From NCBI GenBank assembly GCA_037137535.1, contig JBAXKC010000002.1, positions 1-64,000 of the forward strand: a stretch of 64,000 nt of DNA, in the 5' to 3' direction. Shown piece by piece: positions 42,925 through 54,004 of this stretch. Source of the stretch: a bacterium. Its GTDB lineage: Bacteria; Cyanobacteriota; Vampirovibrionia; Gastranaerophilales; JBAXKC01. Position numbers and translations under genes: made by a program. Position 1 is the stretch's first letter. Each line of letters opens with the position of its first letter. The notes beneath the pieces were generated by a model, which worked only from the letters and a program-made list of their open reading frames with translations, was not told the DNA's origin and ran no database searches.

Positions 42925-44901
42925 TTAGAAGCCTTGCATATCATCTTCTAAAGGAATTACATCTTCAGGTCTAACTGTTTTTGTAGTTTTATTAGATGCA
43001 AAACTATTATTAGAAATTCTTCTGTTAATATTCGGAATTACTTTTCTTTGAAAAGATCTATCAGAAAGTGCAATTTGAGCTTGTTCCTGAATAGCGTTTG
43101 CGCCATTAACAAGTTGAACCAGAGAATTAACAATCTCTTTCATATTAACAGACTGTGAAGATAATTCTTCTGATGCTGAGGCACTTTCTTCAGCCGTTGA
43201 TGCATTAGATTGAACAACTTGTTCCATTTGTGAAATTGCTTTATTAATTTGAGCAATACCTTGAGCTTGTTCTTGACTTGCTGCTGCAACTTCGTCAAGA
43301 AGTTCACTAACTTTTTGAGCTTGATCATTAATTTCCGCTAATGATTCATTTACGTTTCTTGAAACATTAACACCCTGTTCTGATAAATGAATATTGCTTT
43401 CAATAATTTCAGCAGTGTCTTTAGCAGCTTGAGCACTTCTTTGAGCAAGATTTCTAACTTCTTCGGCAACTACTGCAAAGCCCATACCTGCTTCACCTGC
43501 TCTGGCTGCTTCAACAGCAGCGTTTAATGCAAGAATATTTGTTTGGAAAGCAATTTCATCAATTACTTTAATAATTTTAGCAATTTGATCACTTGATTTT
43601 TTAAGCTCTGCCATAGAAGTCATCATTTCTTGCATTTCATTATTGCCTTTGCTTGCTGCATCTTTGGCATGTTTTGCAAGAATAGCAGCTTGTTTAGTAT
43701 TTTCTGTATTTTGACGAACCATTGATGCAGATTGTTCTAGAGTTGATGATGTTTCTTGAATAGAAGCGGCCTGCTCAGCACTACCTTCTGCAAGTTGTTG
43801 GCTTGATGCCGATAATTGACCTGATGCCGAAGACACTTGGCTTGCACTTTCATTTAAGCCGTCAACAATTCTATTAATAGGTTTGGTTATGCCAATAACA
43901 ATCACCCAAGCTAAGAATGAACCAAGACCGACAGCTGCAATTAATCCAATTATCATTAATCCTGATGAAGCTGCAAGGGCAATAGCTGAACTTGAAGCAG
44001 AACCTTGTGTTGCTTTCATACCGACTTCAGCCGTATCTTTTGCTGCAGCTAATACTAAATCTGCCGTTTCACTGCGTTTTTTACTAATTTCCTGTAATTT
44101 TAACCATTTATCTAAAAATGAATTCATTGTTTCTTTGTAAACAGCTCCTGCCACTTTGTTTTTTGCTATTTGTGATTGCTCAAAAGCTGAGTTATTGAAT
44201 TGTTCGAGTTGCGCAAGTTTTGAAGAAATTGTATCAAAGTTTTTATTTGTATCTCTAATAATTTGAGGATTACGTTCCGCTTGGGATTTAAAAGTATCTC
44301 TTATAATCCAATTACCTGAGTCAATTAAATCATTAACAATACCAGCTTTTTGTGAGAATTCTTTAATTTTAGCTGTCTTACCTGATGCAATTCCTTTTTT
44401 TATTTCAGTATTTTGAAGAGCAAGATAATCATAACAAGTTTTCATATAATCAGCTGCAGATTGATTTAACTTATTTTGATCTTCGTTCATTGCCTTAATT
44501 GTACTTTCTGTATCATTAAGGTGTTGTATATACTCATCAACTTTAGTCTGCGCTTTAGCAGCATTCGCTTTTAAATCACTAAGATCAGAATATTTACTAC
44601 CTAATTCTGTTGCATCTTTTAAATAAGAATTTAATTTTTCCAAACCTTTTCTAGCTTCATCAAGATATTTTGTATCGTAAGTAAATCCATAACTTCTAGC
44701 TGCCAGCATAATAGAAAGTGATGTTCTTTCAACGTTATTTGCTACCGCAACAGAAGGAACATATTCATTTGCTAATTTACCTGATTGTATTTGTGCATTT
44801 TTCATTGCTAAAACACAAAAAGTGCCTAAAACTACAGAAATGAGTAGAATGGCTGCAAAGCCTGCAGATATTTTAAAACCTAATTTCATATTATTAAACA
44901 T
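42925..44901 (-). CDS. Methyl-accepting chemotaxis protein with periplasmic helical sensor
   Basis: 2 [23 protein letters not shown]-terminal tether-like ...[10 protein letters not shown]. Confidence 0.93.
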   Translation of the reverse strand: MFNNMKLGFKISAGFAAILLISVVLGTFCVLAMKNAQIQSGKLANEYVPSVAVANNVERTSLSIMLAARSYGFTYDTKYLDEARKGLEKLNSYLKDATELGSKYSDLSDLKANAAKAQTKVDEYIQHLNDTESTIKAMNEDQNKLNQSAADYMKTCYDYLALQNTEIKKGIASGKTAKIKEFSQKAGIVNDLIDSGNWIIRDTFKSQAERNPQIIRDTNKNFDTISSKLAQLEQFNNSAFEQSQIAKNKVAGAVYKETMNSFLDKWLKLQEISKKRSETADLVLAAAKDTAEVGMKATQGSASSSAIALAASSGLMIIGLIAAVGLGSFLAWVIVIGITKPINRIVDGLNESASQVSSASGQLSASSQQLAEGSAEQAASIQETSSTLEQSASMVRQNTENTKQAAILAKHAKDAASKGNNEMQEMMTSMAELKKSSDQIAKIIKVIDEIAFQTNILALNAAVEAARAGEAGMGFAVVAEEVRNLAQRSAQAAKDTAEIIESNIHLSEQGVNVSRNVNESLAEINDQAQKVSELLDEVAAASQEQAQGIAQINKAISQMEQVVQSNASTAEESASASEELSSQSVNMKEIVNSLVQLVNGANAIQEQAQIALSDRSFQRKVIPNINRRISNNSFASNKTTKTVRPEDVIPLEDDMQGF

Positions 44902-45391
44902 TCACTAAACCCACTTTCGTCTCACTACCTAATAAGCTAACTATTTCATCACAATTTATTATTGTTTCAATATTGAGAAGCATTACAACCTTACCTTTAA
45001 CTTTACCGAGTCCTGTTAAAAAACCTGTTTCAATCTTAGTGCTTCCATATTGTGGTGGTGGTTCTATCTCAGAAGATTGAATATTTACAACCTCTGATAC
45101 AGTATCAACGACAATACCCATAAGCCGTTTAAACTGATTAATATTTACTTCAACAACAATAATACATGTCCGTTCGTTATAATCTTTTTCAGACATTTTA
45201 AATTTGAGGCGTAAGTCCATAATAGGGATAATTTTGCCCCTTAAATTTATTACACCTTTAATAAATTCAGGGGTTTGCGGTACATGAGTAATTTCCATCA
45301 ATCCAATAATCTCTTTGACTTTGAGAATAGGAATTCCATATTCCTCATTGCCCAGCGAGAAAGTTAGATGTTTTCCATCTTGAATTTCCAC
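44894..45391 (-). CDS. cheW: Chemotaxis coupling protein CheW
   Basis: [35 protein letters not shown]. Confidence 0.95.
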   Translation of the reverse strand: MEIQDGKHLTFSLGNEEYGIPILKVKEIIGLMEITHVPQTPEFIKGVINLRGKIIPIMDLRLKFKMSEKDYNERTCIIVVEVNINQFKRLMGIVVDTVSEVVNIQSSEIEPPPQYGSTKIETGFLTGLGKVKGKVVMLLNIETIINCDEIVSLLGSETKVGLVNV

Positions 45392-48063
45392 TATTGTGCT
45401 CCTTCTTTTTCATATAAGTGCTCAATATCAAGTATTAATGAGACTTTTCCATCTCCTAAAATAGACATTCCGGAAACATATTTTAAATTTGAGAACTCTT
45501 GTCCTGTAGGCTTAACTACAATTTCTTGTCTTCCTATTACATTTCTCACAGGAAGAGCTTTAAATTTTTGATCTAATTCAACAATTACTATTAATCTAGG
45601 CTCTTCTTCAGGTTTTCCTGTCTTAAATAATTCTGATACTGAAATAATAGGCATAATGTCTTCTCTTACTTTAATCATAGACTTAATACCTTGAATACAG
45701 ACCCACTGCTCTTCTTTAGGTTGTAAAATTTGTTTAACGTTTACCGTAGGAATAATATAATTTGAACCTTCAATATCAACAATAGTTCCATTTAAAACGG
45801 CGTGATTTACTGGAATTTTAAGAATAAAGGTGCTACCTTGACCTTTAACACTATTTATCTCAAGTTTTCCTCCTATTTTTAATATTTCTGTTTTTACAAC
45901 ATCCATACCAACTCCTCTGCCTGAAATATTATTAGCTACTTCAACAGTGGAGAAGCCGGGTAACAAAATGAAATCCTGTATTTCTTTTTCACTATAATCT
46001 TTATTAGGATCAATAAGATTTTTTTCTAAGGCCTTATTATAAACTTTATCTATATCAATACCTTTACCGTCATCAGAAATTTCAATATAGATACTGCCTC
46101 TTTTATTGTATGCAAAAACTTGAACGTTACCTTGTGGAGATTTACCAGACTTAATTCTTTCTTCTTTTGTTTCAATTCCATGTGAAATCGAATTTTTGAC
46201 AAGATGAACTAGCGGATCTAGTATTTTTTCTGTGACAATTCTGTCAATTTCAGTATCATCACCTATTGTTGTAAAATTAATATCTTTACCGAGTTCATTA
46301 ATAGTATCTCTCGCAATTCTAGTAATTTTTTGAAATGTAGACTTTAGAGCAACCATTCTAAGAAACATTGAAATATTCTGTAAATCTTTTGTTATTCTTG
46401 TCATTCTTCCAAGATTGGCTATAAAGAAATTATCCGTTGCATATTTATTAATAGAATGTTGCTCAATTAAAGATTGTGCGATTATAAGCTCTCCAACCAT
46501 ATCAACAAGACTATCAACTTTACTGGTTGCAATTCTCATATATTCTTCTGATGAAGCATTTTGTTTAGTTTGTTGTACTTTTAAAGCACCTAGAGCTTCT
46601 ACTGATTTAATTTTATCTTCTTTAACAGCAACTTGACCAAATTTTAAATCTGGATATTGTTCTTTTTGAATTAATAGAACTTCATTTACATCTTCTTGAT
46701 CTAATATCTTTTGTTCAACAAGAATTTCTCCAATTTTTTTACCATTTAAGTTTATAGCTTCAACACAATGAAGTTCATAATATTCAATTTCTTGTAGATG
46801 ATGATTAATAGTGGAAATAAAACCTCTATCTTTTGCAATACTAATATCATCACATATTTTTTTTATAAAATCTGATGAAGCTAGAATTAGATTAACAATA
46901 GTCTTATCAACATCAATCTTTCCTTTTCTGCAACTATCCATTAAAGTTTCAGTTTGATGAGCAATTTTTTGAATTAAAGTTTGATTTACAAAACCTGCTA
47001 ATCCTTTTATAGTATGGAAAGCTCTAAACATTGAATGTATTATTTCAGCATCATCAGGTGTTTTTTCAAGAGAAAGAAGTTGCGTTTCAATTGATTCAAT
47101 ATGTTCTTTTGCTTCAAAGATGAAGTCCTCTAAAAACTCATCATCAACTGCATCTTCAGCATTAAGCTGTTCTTCTTGAATTTGCTCTTCTTCTTTAAGA
47201 TCTGCCAAATATTTATGAACATCATTTAGAAATTCATTATTTTTGATTAAAGTTAAATCATCACAAATCTTTTTTATTAAATCAACAGATTTGAAAAGAA
47301 AAGTTATAGTATTTGAATTTACTCTCATAGTTCTTTTTCTACAACAATCAAGTAAAGATTCAGTATCTTGAGATATTCTCTGAATTAAAACTTGCCCCGA
47401 AAAACCTGCTAAACCTTTAATAGAGTGAATATCTCGAAATAATAAGTGAATAAAGTTATCATCTTCTAAGTTTTTCTCAAGGTTAATTATATTTTTTTCA
47501 ATTGAATCAAGATGATCTTTGGCTTCAAGAACAAAATCTTCCCAAAATTCATCATTAGCAGCTTCGACTATTTCTATCGTCCCCTCGATAATATTATCTA
47601 AATTATTATTTAGCTCTCTTTCAAGGTTTATAAGGTGCTTTTGAATTTGATCGATAAAGTCTTCATCGGTGCTCATATCTAAATTTTCACAAATAGTCTT
47701 AATAAAATCTGCTGATAATAATAATAAATTAGTTATATTTACATTGACCTTACTTGTACCTTTTCTGCAACAATCCATCAATGTCTCAGTTTCATGGGCA
47801 ATTTTCTGTATTAAGGATTGTCCGACAAATCCTGATGAGCCTTTGATATTATGAAAAGCTCTAAACATTATGTTTATAGAATCGATATTATCAAAATCTT
47901 GCTCAAGAACAAGAGCATTAAACTCAATTATCTCGAGTTCCTCAATTGCTTTTATGATAAATTCAGGAAGAAATTCTTGATAATTAATAGTTTGAGTACC
48001 TACAAACATTTCCTCTTCAAGAAGGCTTCTTAATATATCATCAGGATTAAAATCTTCAGTCAA
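45391..48063 (-). CDS. cheA: Chemotaxis histidine kinase CheA with three HPt domains
   Basis: FHNIKG, IHSIKG, FHTIKG; dimerisation domain; DPLVHLVKNS, GRGVGMDVV; CheW domain. Confidence 0.93.
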   Translation of the reverse strand: MTEDFNPDDILRSLLEEEMFVGTQTINYQEFLPEFIIKAIEELEIIEFNALVLEQDFDNIDSINIMFRAFHNIKGSSGFVGQSLIQKIAHETETLMDCCRKGTSKVNVNITNLLLLSADFIKTICENLDMSTDEDFIDQIQKHLINLERELNNNLDNIIEGTIEIVEAANDEFWEDFVLEAKDHLDSIEKNIINLEKNLEDDNFIHLLFRDIHSIKGLAGFSGQVLIQRISQDTESLLDCCRKRTMRVNSNTITFLFKSVDLIKKICDDLTLIKNNEFLNDVHKYLADLKEEEQIQEEQLNAEDAVDDEFLEDFIFEAKEHIESIETQLLSLEKTPDDAEIIHSMFRAFHTIKGLAGFVNQTLIQKIAHQTETLMDSCRKGKIDVDKTIVNLILASSDFIKKICDDISIAKDRGFISTINHHLQEIEYYELHCVEAINLNGKKIGEILVEQKILDQEDVNEVLLIQKEQYPDLKFGQVAVKEDKIKSVEALGALKVQQTKQNASSEEYMRIATSKVDSLVDMVGELIIAQSLIEQHSINKYATDNFFIANLGRMTRITKDLQNISMFLRMVALKSTFQKITRIARDTINELGKDINFTTIGDDTEIDRIVTEKILDPLVHLVKNSISHGIETKEERIKSGKSPQGNVQVFAYNKRGSIYIEISDDGKGIDIDKVYNKALEKNLIDPNKDYSEKEIQDFILLPGFSTVEVANNISGRGVGMDVVKTEILKIGGKLEINSVKGQGSTFILKIPVNHAVLNGTIVDIEGSNYIIPTVNVKQILQPKEEQWVCIQGIKSMIKVREDIMPIISVSELFKTGKPEEEPRLIVIVELDQKFKALPVRNVIGRQEIVVKPTGQEFSNLKYVSGMSILGDGKVSLILDIEHLYEKEGAQ

Positions 48064-48081
48064 AATTTAAAATCTCCAATA

Positions 48082-48450
48082 TTAAATTAATGTTTTATTT
48101 AATTTCTCCACAAATTTATCAGGAGTAAACGGCTTTAATAAAAAATTTCTCACGCCAACCGTAATAGCTTCTCGAATAATAGACTCTTGCCCCATCGCAG
48201 AAACCATAAGTATTTTTTTATCAGGGTGTATCTCAAATATTTTTTTAGCAGCTTCTATACCGTTTAGTTCAGGCATAGTAATATCTAAAGTTATCAAATC
48301 ATAATTATTAGCTTTATCCATTTCAATAGCTTTTAGTCCATTTGGTGCATATTCAATATTAGAATAACCATTATCCTTGAAAATCTTTTGAATCATTGAA
48401 AACATAAATGCTTGGTCATCAACAACGAGTATTTTAATATTTTTTTCCAT
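48082..48450 (-). CDS. cheY: CheY-like response regulator
   Basis: VVDD, LDITMP, SAMGQ, KPF. Confidence 0.85.
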   Translation of the reverse strand: MEKNIKILVVDDQAFMFSMIQKIFKDNGYSNIEYAPNGLKAIEMDKANNYDLITLDITMPELNGIEAAKKIFEIHPDKKILMVSAMGQESIIREAITVGVRNFLLKPFTPDKFVEKLNKTLI

Positions 48451-48516
48451 AATTTTAATACCTTTATAAAGCAGACCATTCAATTATATAGGTTTTATTA
48501 TTAAATGTCTCCAAAT

Positions 48517-48984
48517 TTATTCTATTGAATATGCAATATTGAATTTAGAGGTACCTAGCTTAAAAAATATTTTTTTTGATGGAGCCCTACTTATCATCAT
48601 AAACATTTTACTACCTGTTACAATTGTAGGCGGAGTAATATCAACAAGCTCATTAATAGCTTCAGCAACTTTTCCAACGGTATTTCCACCAAGCATGTTT
48701 GTAAACTCAGCTAGAGCACTTTTGCCCATAGAGTCAAGCTCTAAAACCTCTGCACCACCCATCATTCCTGAAATAATACTTAATGCAGTCTCTTTCGTCA
48801 GGCCAAGCACTATATTTCCATTTAACCCTTTGGTTAAACCTATTAATACATTAACTTCTTCTCCAGAATTTAATGATTTCTCCGACAATTCGCACAAAAA
48901 TTTTGGTTCAAGGCCAAACATTGGTAAAAGCTCTGAACATGCATTAATTATCGGATCTTTTAAACTAGAAATTTTTGCAGACAA
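48517..48984 (-). CDS. cheX: CheX-family phosphatase
   Basis: IGLTKGL.G, ALAEFTNM (ExxN), ITPP. Confidence 0.8.
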   Translation of the reverse strand: MSAKISSLKDPIINACSELLPMFGLEPKFLCELSEKSLNSGEEVNVLIGLTKGLNGNIVLGLTKETALSIISGMMGGAEVLELDSMGKSALAEFTNMLGGNTVGKVAEAINELVDITPPTIVTGSKMFMMISRAPSKKIFFKLGTSKFNIAYSIE

Positions 48985-48987
48985 AGT

Positions 48988-49464
48988 TTATACCTCTTCA
49001 ATACCTATATCAATAATAAAACTACCTTGTTCTCCTGAATAATAAGCAACTTCCGAATGTATTGTCGGTGATAATATTTCAAGATTTTCAGCAGAAAAAA
49101 TAGCAGGAGGACTAAGCCAGAATTCTCTGTTTTGATACTCATTATTTATATATGTAGTAGCTCTACCACAAAACATATTTGCAAACTCTGCTACATACAA
49201 ATACATATCTTTTGGATCTTCGAAAAAATCACCAAAATTCATTGCCACTGCGAAATTACTTGCTGTTTCAAAGTCACTTTCAAGAAGAATTCGACCTTTC
49301 GTATTTCCACATATTCCAATAATAATGGCAACCTTTGCATTATCTTTTAAAATATTTTCTGAGACGACATTGTACTCTGAATCAACAAGCTCTTTTGTAA
49401 TTTCAGTAAATGCTTTTTTCACATAATCAATAAATTTTTCAATTTTAATAACTTCAATAGACAT
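48988..49464 (-). CDS. cheX: Second CheX-family protein
   Basis: IGICG..KG, VAEFANM (ExxN), LSPP. Confidence 0.75.
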   Translation of the reverse strand: MSIEVIKIEKFIDYVKKAFTEITKELVDSEYNVVSENILKDNAKVAIIIGICGNTKGRILLESDFETASNFAVAMNFGDFFEDPKDMYLYVAEFANMFCGRATTYINNEYQNREFWLSPPAIFSAENLEILSPTIHSEVAYYSGEQGSFIIDIGIEEV

Positions 49465-49465
49465 A

Positions 49466-49828
49466 TTAAAGACCTAACAATTCATTTGCAGCCGCAATAA
49501 GTTCATCAGGTTTAAAGGGTTTTGTTACAAAATGGGTTATACCTAATGCTTTTGCTTCATTTACTAATACATCATCACCCATCGCGCTCAACATAATTAT
49601 TTTGACATTTTTATTAATCTCAAATAATCTTGCAGCAGTAGCTATACCATCCATTATTGGCATAGTAACATCCAGCGTGATAAGATCAGGCTGATATTTC
49701 TCATACATTTCTAAGCCTATTTGTCCATTTGATGCATTATCAACTACTTCAAATGATTTTGGCTCTAATGCTCTTTTAACAGCTTTGTAGATAAAAGGGG
49801 AATCATCAATTACAAGAACCTTAACCAT
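49466..49828 (-). CDS. cheY: CheY-like response regulator
   Basis: IDDSPF, LDVTMP, SAMG, KPF. Confidence 0.85.
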   Translation of the reverse strand: MVKVLVIDDSPFIYKAVKRALEPKSFEVVDNASNGQIGLEMYEKYQPDLITLDVTMPIMDGIATAARLFEINKNVKIIMLSAMGDDVLVNEAKALGITHFVTKPFKPDELIAAANELLGL

Positions 49829-49967
49829 TCTCTACACTCCTATAAGATGTCTACCGATTTTATGTTATATATTTAACTCGCCTGTAATTATATAATATTT
49901 TTTATACAATTACTAGCATAAATTAATTCTAGTTATAATTTTGTTTACAATTTAATGTTCTATACTT

Positions 49968-50297
49968 TTATGGCGGCTTACGATTAATATATCTGGATCC
50001 TTTTCTAAAAACACCTCCAGTATTAATTCTTACATTTTGACAATCAAGCTGATAGCCCATATCTTCCATTATCTGACGAACCATATGACCTATCATTTGC
50101 CTAATTCGCAATTTATGCAACTCTGATTTATATTTCAGTTCTAAATTGATTGCAATAGCTTCTACGGCAGGTTTGCCTAAATCCGATGCAGTTTGCATTC
50201 TAATTTTCATTTCATCTGTATTTAAAAATACCCATAGGTCTTTACCAAATTCTGTATGAAATAAATCAGAAAAATTACTAGATTTGTACTCAGACAA
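49968..50297 (-). CDS. Hypothetical protein
   Basis: 109-aa ORF with TTG start and GAGGA RBS; no family recognised. Confidence 0.6.
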   Translation of the reverse strand: MSEYKSSNFSDLFHTEFGKDLWVFLNTDEMKIRMQTASDLGKPAVEAIAINLELKYKSELHKLRIRQMIGHMVRQIMEDMGYQLDCQNVRINTGGVFRKGSRYINRKPP

Positions 50298-50549
50298 AAC
50301 ACTATCCTCTATTATTGCTTTTATATAAAATAAAATATGACATAGTATAAATTACATAGGTCTCATTTGCACTATATTCCATAAAAATACAAATTTAAAA
50401 CTGAATACAATTTATAATTAACAAATATTAATAAAGTTCGTAAACAAATTATTACAAAAGAAGTAGAAAACCTTAAGAACTATTGACGATGATACACATG
50501 AATATTAAAATTTATATCTACCGATTTTGAGTTGGAGTAAATCTATTAT

Positions 50550-53500
50550 ATGAAAATTGACTTGGGTTTTAATTCATTCAAGGCTAATATAACTACTAAA
50601 AATAAAGAAAACTCAAATGCAATTGATCAGAACGCTGACAAAATAAATAATGCCAATATAACAACTCAGGTGCAAACTTCTAAACCTCAATCTAATCCAA
50701 TTACAAATGTAATTAATGGATTAAATCTTCATAAAGTTAATAGTAATAGACTTAAACCTTTAGATTCGGATCAATTTAAAACACCTACTAAATCTAATAT
50801 TAATCAAAATCAACATAATATTACTAATTCAGGTGTTTCTAAGCCTGATATTATTTCTAATGCGCCATTGATAAAAAAAACAGGTACAGCAATTAAACAA
50901 ATAATATCTGCTATTGATAACACTGAAAAATCAATTAATAATCTTAAAATACAGCCCGATAAAATAGAAAGCATAATATCAGAGGAAAATGAACTACCAA
51001 TTCATAGTTCAGATTTATTAGAAATAAGTGCATCTGACAAAACAACAAAAACTCCAATATCAAAACAAATTATTGATGCAATTAATAATACAGAAAAATT
51101 AATTACCCCAAAAAGTGATTTTTCTGATAAAAATAAATCTTTAAAAAATGATATACAAATAGCTACAAGCAAAACGAACTCAACATTGCAAAATCAAGAA
51201 GTAAATGTACTAAATAATGAGATAAAATCAATTAACGGTCATGTTGATTTTCAAGATGATGTTAAACCCACTACAGATAAAACTGCAATTTCAAGCATAA
51301 AAAGACAACAACCTATATCACAGCAAATTATTGATACAATTAACAATACAGAAAAATTAATTTCACCTAAAAATCGACCAGATGTTAATGATGTGGCTAA
51401 TTCTAGTCAAATACAAATGGTTGATGATTCGATTATTCCTGCCAATAAAGAAATAAAAGAACTAAATAAAGAAGTTAAAATTAATAATGAGAAAAAAACC
51501 GAACCAATATCTAAACAAATAATATCTGCTATTAATAATACTGAAAAATTAATTTCGACTAAAAATCAAACAGAGATTAATAATCTGGAAAATTCAAATC
51601 AAATAGTAGAAGTTGATGATTCTATTATTCCTAATATGCATCAAAAAAATGATACAAATATTGATGAAAAAACCAAAGTAGATCAATCAAGTTTGGCAGT
51701 AGATAATACTAATAAAAAAGCAGCTACAACCACGCTCAAACAAATTATGAGTGCAATTGATAATACAGAAAAATTAATTAATCCAAAGAATCAATTAAAT
51801 CCTTCTAAAATTAACCTATCTGAAGATATTAAACCAAAAAAAATACAGATTTCTGCAATTCCAAATTTGGTGGATATAAAAGAAAATATTCAAATTGCAG
51901 GTAAAGAAGTAAAAATAGTTGCTAATAAAAATATGACATTTGAATCATGTCCAGTTGCAACATGGAATATTAAAATTGACGAAGATAAGTCAGTTAAAAA
52001 GCAACAAATTCAGTTTGCAAACGGAAGTCAAAACGCATTAATTACGACATATAAATACGAAGCACCGCTAAATGCTCCTGATTTAGATATTGAAGTTCTT
52101 GCTAATAAAAATCCGAATAATTTTGATACAAAATTAAATATAAATATCAGTAGTTCAACAGTTAATAAAAACGAATCACTGAAAGAAAATGAAATAAATA
52201 AAAAAATTATTACAATGAAACCAAATGAAACAGTTTCTATATCAGTTTCTAACACAGAAAAAAATATAAATATCAAACCCGAACAAATAATATCTAGACA
52301 AGACCAAGGAATTGAAAATGCCTTAATAAAAGCAAGGATTCCAACCACTAATGAAGCAAAAGAAGCTTATAGTTTAGCTAAACAGTTTATTTCCATAGGT
52401 AAGGAAATAAATTCGAATTCTGCAGCAGATAAAAATAATAATGCTGATAAAGAAGCTATAACGTTGCTTCCAACTTATGCATTAACACTTAAAAGAAATG
52501 ACATGACAAGAAATTCACTAAAAAATTACTCCGAATATGTAAAAAATGTGCTTTTAACTCCTGATTTAAAGCCAAAAGATAATGTTCATGATGATATTAT
52601 CAAAATTGCAATGCTTTGGAGCTCTTCATTAAATGATTTTAGTAATCAAACTCAATCGCTTGAAGATTTAGACGTGATAAAAGAGCAATATAGTTTAATT
52701 AAAAACATTATGAATATTCAAATTGAAGAAACAAAAAATAGTGAAAAAAGTAATGTTATAGACAATGATGGTTTAATAAAATTAACAAATTCTCAAAACA
52801 CGTTAACATCAGTAAGTTCAACAGAAAATTGTAATATCAATGCCGAAGGGAAATCTTTTGAAGCAAATGTACTTTGGTATAACGGATTAAAATCATTATC
52901 AGACATTGCTAAAACACTTGGTTACACAAGTGAACACGAAAAATTTTCAACAATGGCAAATATAGTTCAACAAAATTTAATGAAGTTCTGGGACGAGAAT
53001 CAAAATGGATTCAATTCTTTTATTGATAAATCAAATCCAGAACTATCAAAAATTGATAATACTTCACTACTGACAGCTTTAACTGTTACTAACAGACCAT
53101 TTGTAAATAAGCCTGAATTAGAAGCTGCAATTTTAAATAATGCCGAATCTCAAATATTTCCTGAAGAAGATAATCTGAATTCACATGTAAAAACAATACC
53201 AAGAGAAAAAACGGCTCAAGCAGCTCAGTATTTTGACGCTCTTATGAACTTTCAAAAAACCAATCCTGAACTTGTTTCGGATATAGAAATTAGCGAAAAT
53301 ATTGCGCCAATAATAAATAATCTCAAAAAGGATATGAATTTATTATTATCAATGAATAAACCACTAAATGGAATAGTTATACCTAATATAGATGCAATTC
53401 AATTGACTAATAGTAATGCTTGGACAGCAACAACAGTTCTTCAATTGATTAAAGGAACAGAGAATAAAATTTATGATGAAAATAAAAAAATAAAAACAGT

Positions 53501-53993
53501 TGAAGAAAATAAAATTCAACAAAAAAATGCTGATGTTATAACTTCTGAACAGCCATCTAAAATTGTGGTACAAAAACCTGAATACACAAATAAGCCTATA
53601 GCTGCATCTGAAGAAGACAGTAAAATTTCAGCTTTAGAAAAAGAAATAATAACAGAGCCAAATATTCAAATTAAAAAAGCAATAATACCAACTACAAAAC
53701 AAGTAGTAACAGAAAGTATAAAAATTGCAGCTCAAAAAGAGTTAAAAGATGCTCAAAGTAAACTGATAATAGAAAAACTTAAAGAGTCCTCAATCAATGA
53801 AGGAGCTGTTAATAATCCTGAAATTGCTAAATCAAGAAGAACTGAAATCATTAAATTCACTAAAAAATCTGATAAAGAAAAAGACAATAAAGAAGAGCTT
53901 GCTGATGGTGTATTAGCTGAAATAATGAGCACTTTTGGCGACCTTATGCAAAGTGTATTTAGCGGAATAACTAACGGAATATCCGGCAAATAA
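50550..53993 (+). CDS. Large orphan protein: SF-motif N-terminus, five internal repeats, degenerate glycogen-debranching (amylo-alpha-1,6-glucosidase-like) domain
   Basis: FNSFKA; 5x (P/A/T)I.KQII.AI.NTEKLI; EGKSFEANVLWYNGL...KFWDE resembles GDE GKxVExNALWYNAL. Confidence 0.6.
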   Translation: MKIDLGFNSFKANITTKNKENSNAIDQNADKINNANITTQVQTSKPQSNPITNVINGLNLHKVNSNRLKPLDSDQFKTPTKSNINQNQHNITNSGVSKPDIISNAPLIKKTGTAIKQIISAIDNTEKSINNLKIQPDKIESIISEENELPIHSSDLLEISASDKTTKTPISKQIIDAINNTEKLITPKSDFSDKNKSLKNDIQIATSKTNSTLQNQEVNVLNNEIKSINGHVDFQDDVKPTTDKTAISSIKRQQPISQQIIDTINNTEKLISPKNRPDVNDVANSSQIQMVDDSIIPANKEIKELNKEVKINNEKKTEPISKQIISAINNTEKLISTKNQTEINNLENSNQIVEVDDSIIPNMHQKNDTNIDEKTKVDQSSLAVDNTNKKAATTTLKQIMSAIDNTEKLINPKNQLNPSKINLSEDIKPKKIQISAIPNLVDIKENIQIAGKEVKIVANKNMTFESCPVATWNIKIDEDKSVKKQQIQFANGSQNALITTYKYEAPLNAPDLDIEVLANKNPNNFDTKLNINISSSTVNKNESLKENEINKKIITMKPNETVSISVSNTEKNINIKPEQIISRQDQGIENALIKARIPTTNEAKEAYSLAKQFISIGKEINSNSAADKNNNADKEAITLLPTYALTLKRNDMTRNSLKNYSEYVKNVLLTPDLKPKDNVHDDIIKIAMLWSSSLNDFSNQTQSLEDLDVIKEQYSLIKNIMNIQIEETKNSEKSNVIDNDGLIKLTNSQNTLTSVSSTENCNINAEGKSFEANVLWYNGLKSLSDIAKTLGYTSEHEKFSTMANIVQQNLMKFWDENQNGFNSFIDKSNPELSKIDNTSLLTALTVTNRPFVNKPELEAAILNNAESQIFPEEDNLNSHVKTIPREKTAQAAQYFDALMNFQKTNPELVSDIEISENIAPIINNLKKDMNLLLSMNKPLNGIVIPNIDAIQLTNSNAWTATTVLQLIKGTENKIYDENKKIKTVEENKIQQKNADVITSEQPSKIVVQKPEYTNKPIAASEEDSKISALEKEIITEPNIQIKKAIIPTTKQVVTESIKIAAQKELKDAQSKLIIEKLKESSINEGAVNNPEIAKSRRTEIIKFTKKSDKEKDNKEELADGVLAEIMSTFGDLMQSVFSGITNGISGK
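50887..51788 (+). repeat. Five dispersed ~55-60 bp coding repeats
   Basis: CAAAT(A/T)AT...GC(A/T)ATT(A/G)ATAA(C/T)AC(A/T)GAAAAAT near 50890, 51055, 51312, 51504, 51733. Confidence 0.8.
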
Positions 53994-54004
53994 TTCTGAA
54001 ATAA

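Noticed and set aside
50495-50530. Sigma28 promoter before the 1147-aa gene
   Set aside because: CCGAT is present, but TAAA is not at the 15-nt spacing. The bipartite motif is also not convincingly present upstream of 3217, 35864 or 50550.
50887-51788. CRISPR array
   Set aside because: The repeats are degenerate, in-frame coding repeats with 100-200 nt irregular spacing, and there are no cas genes.
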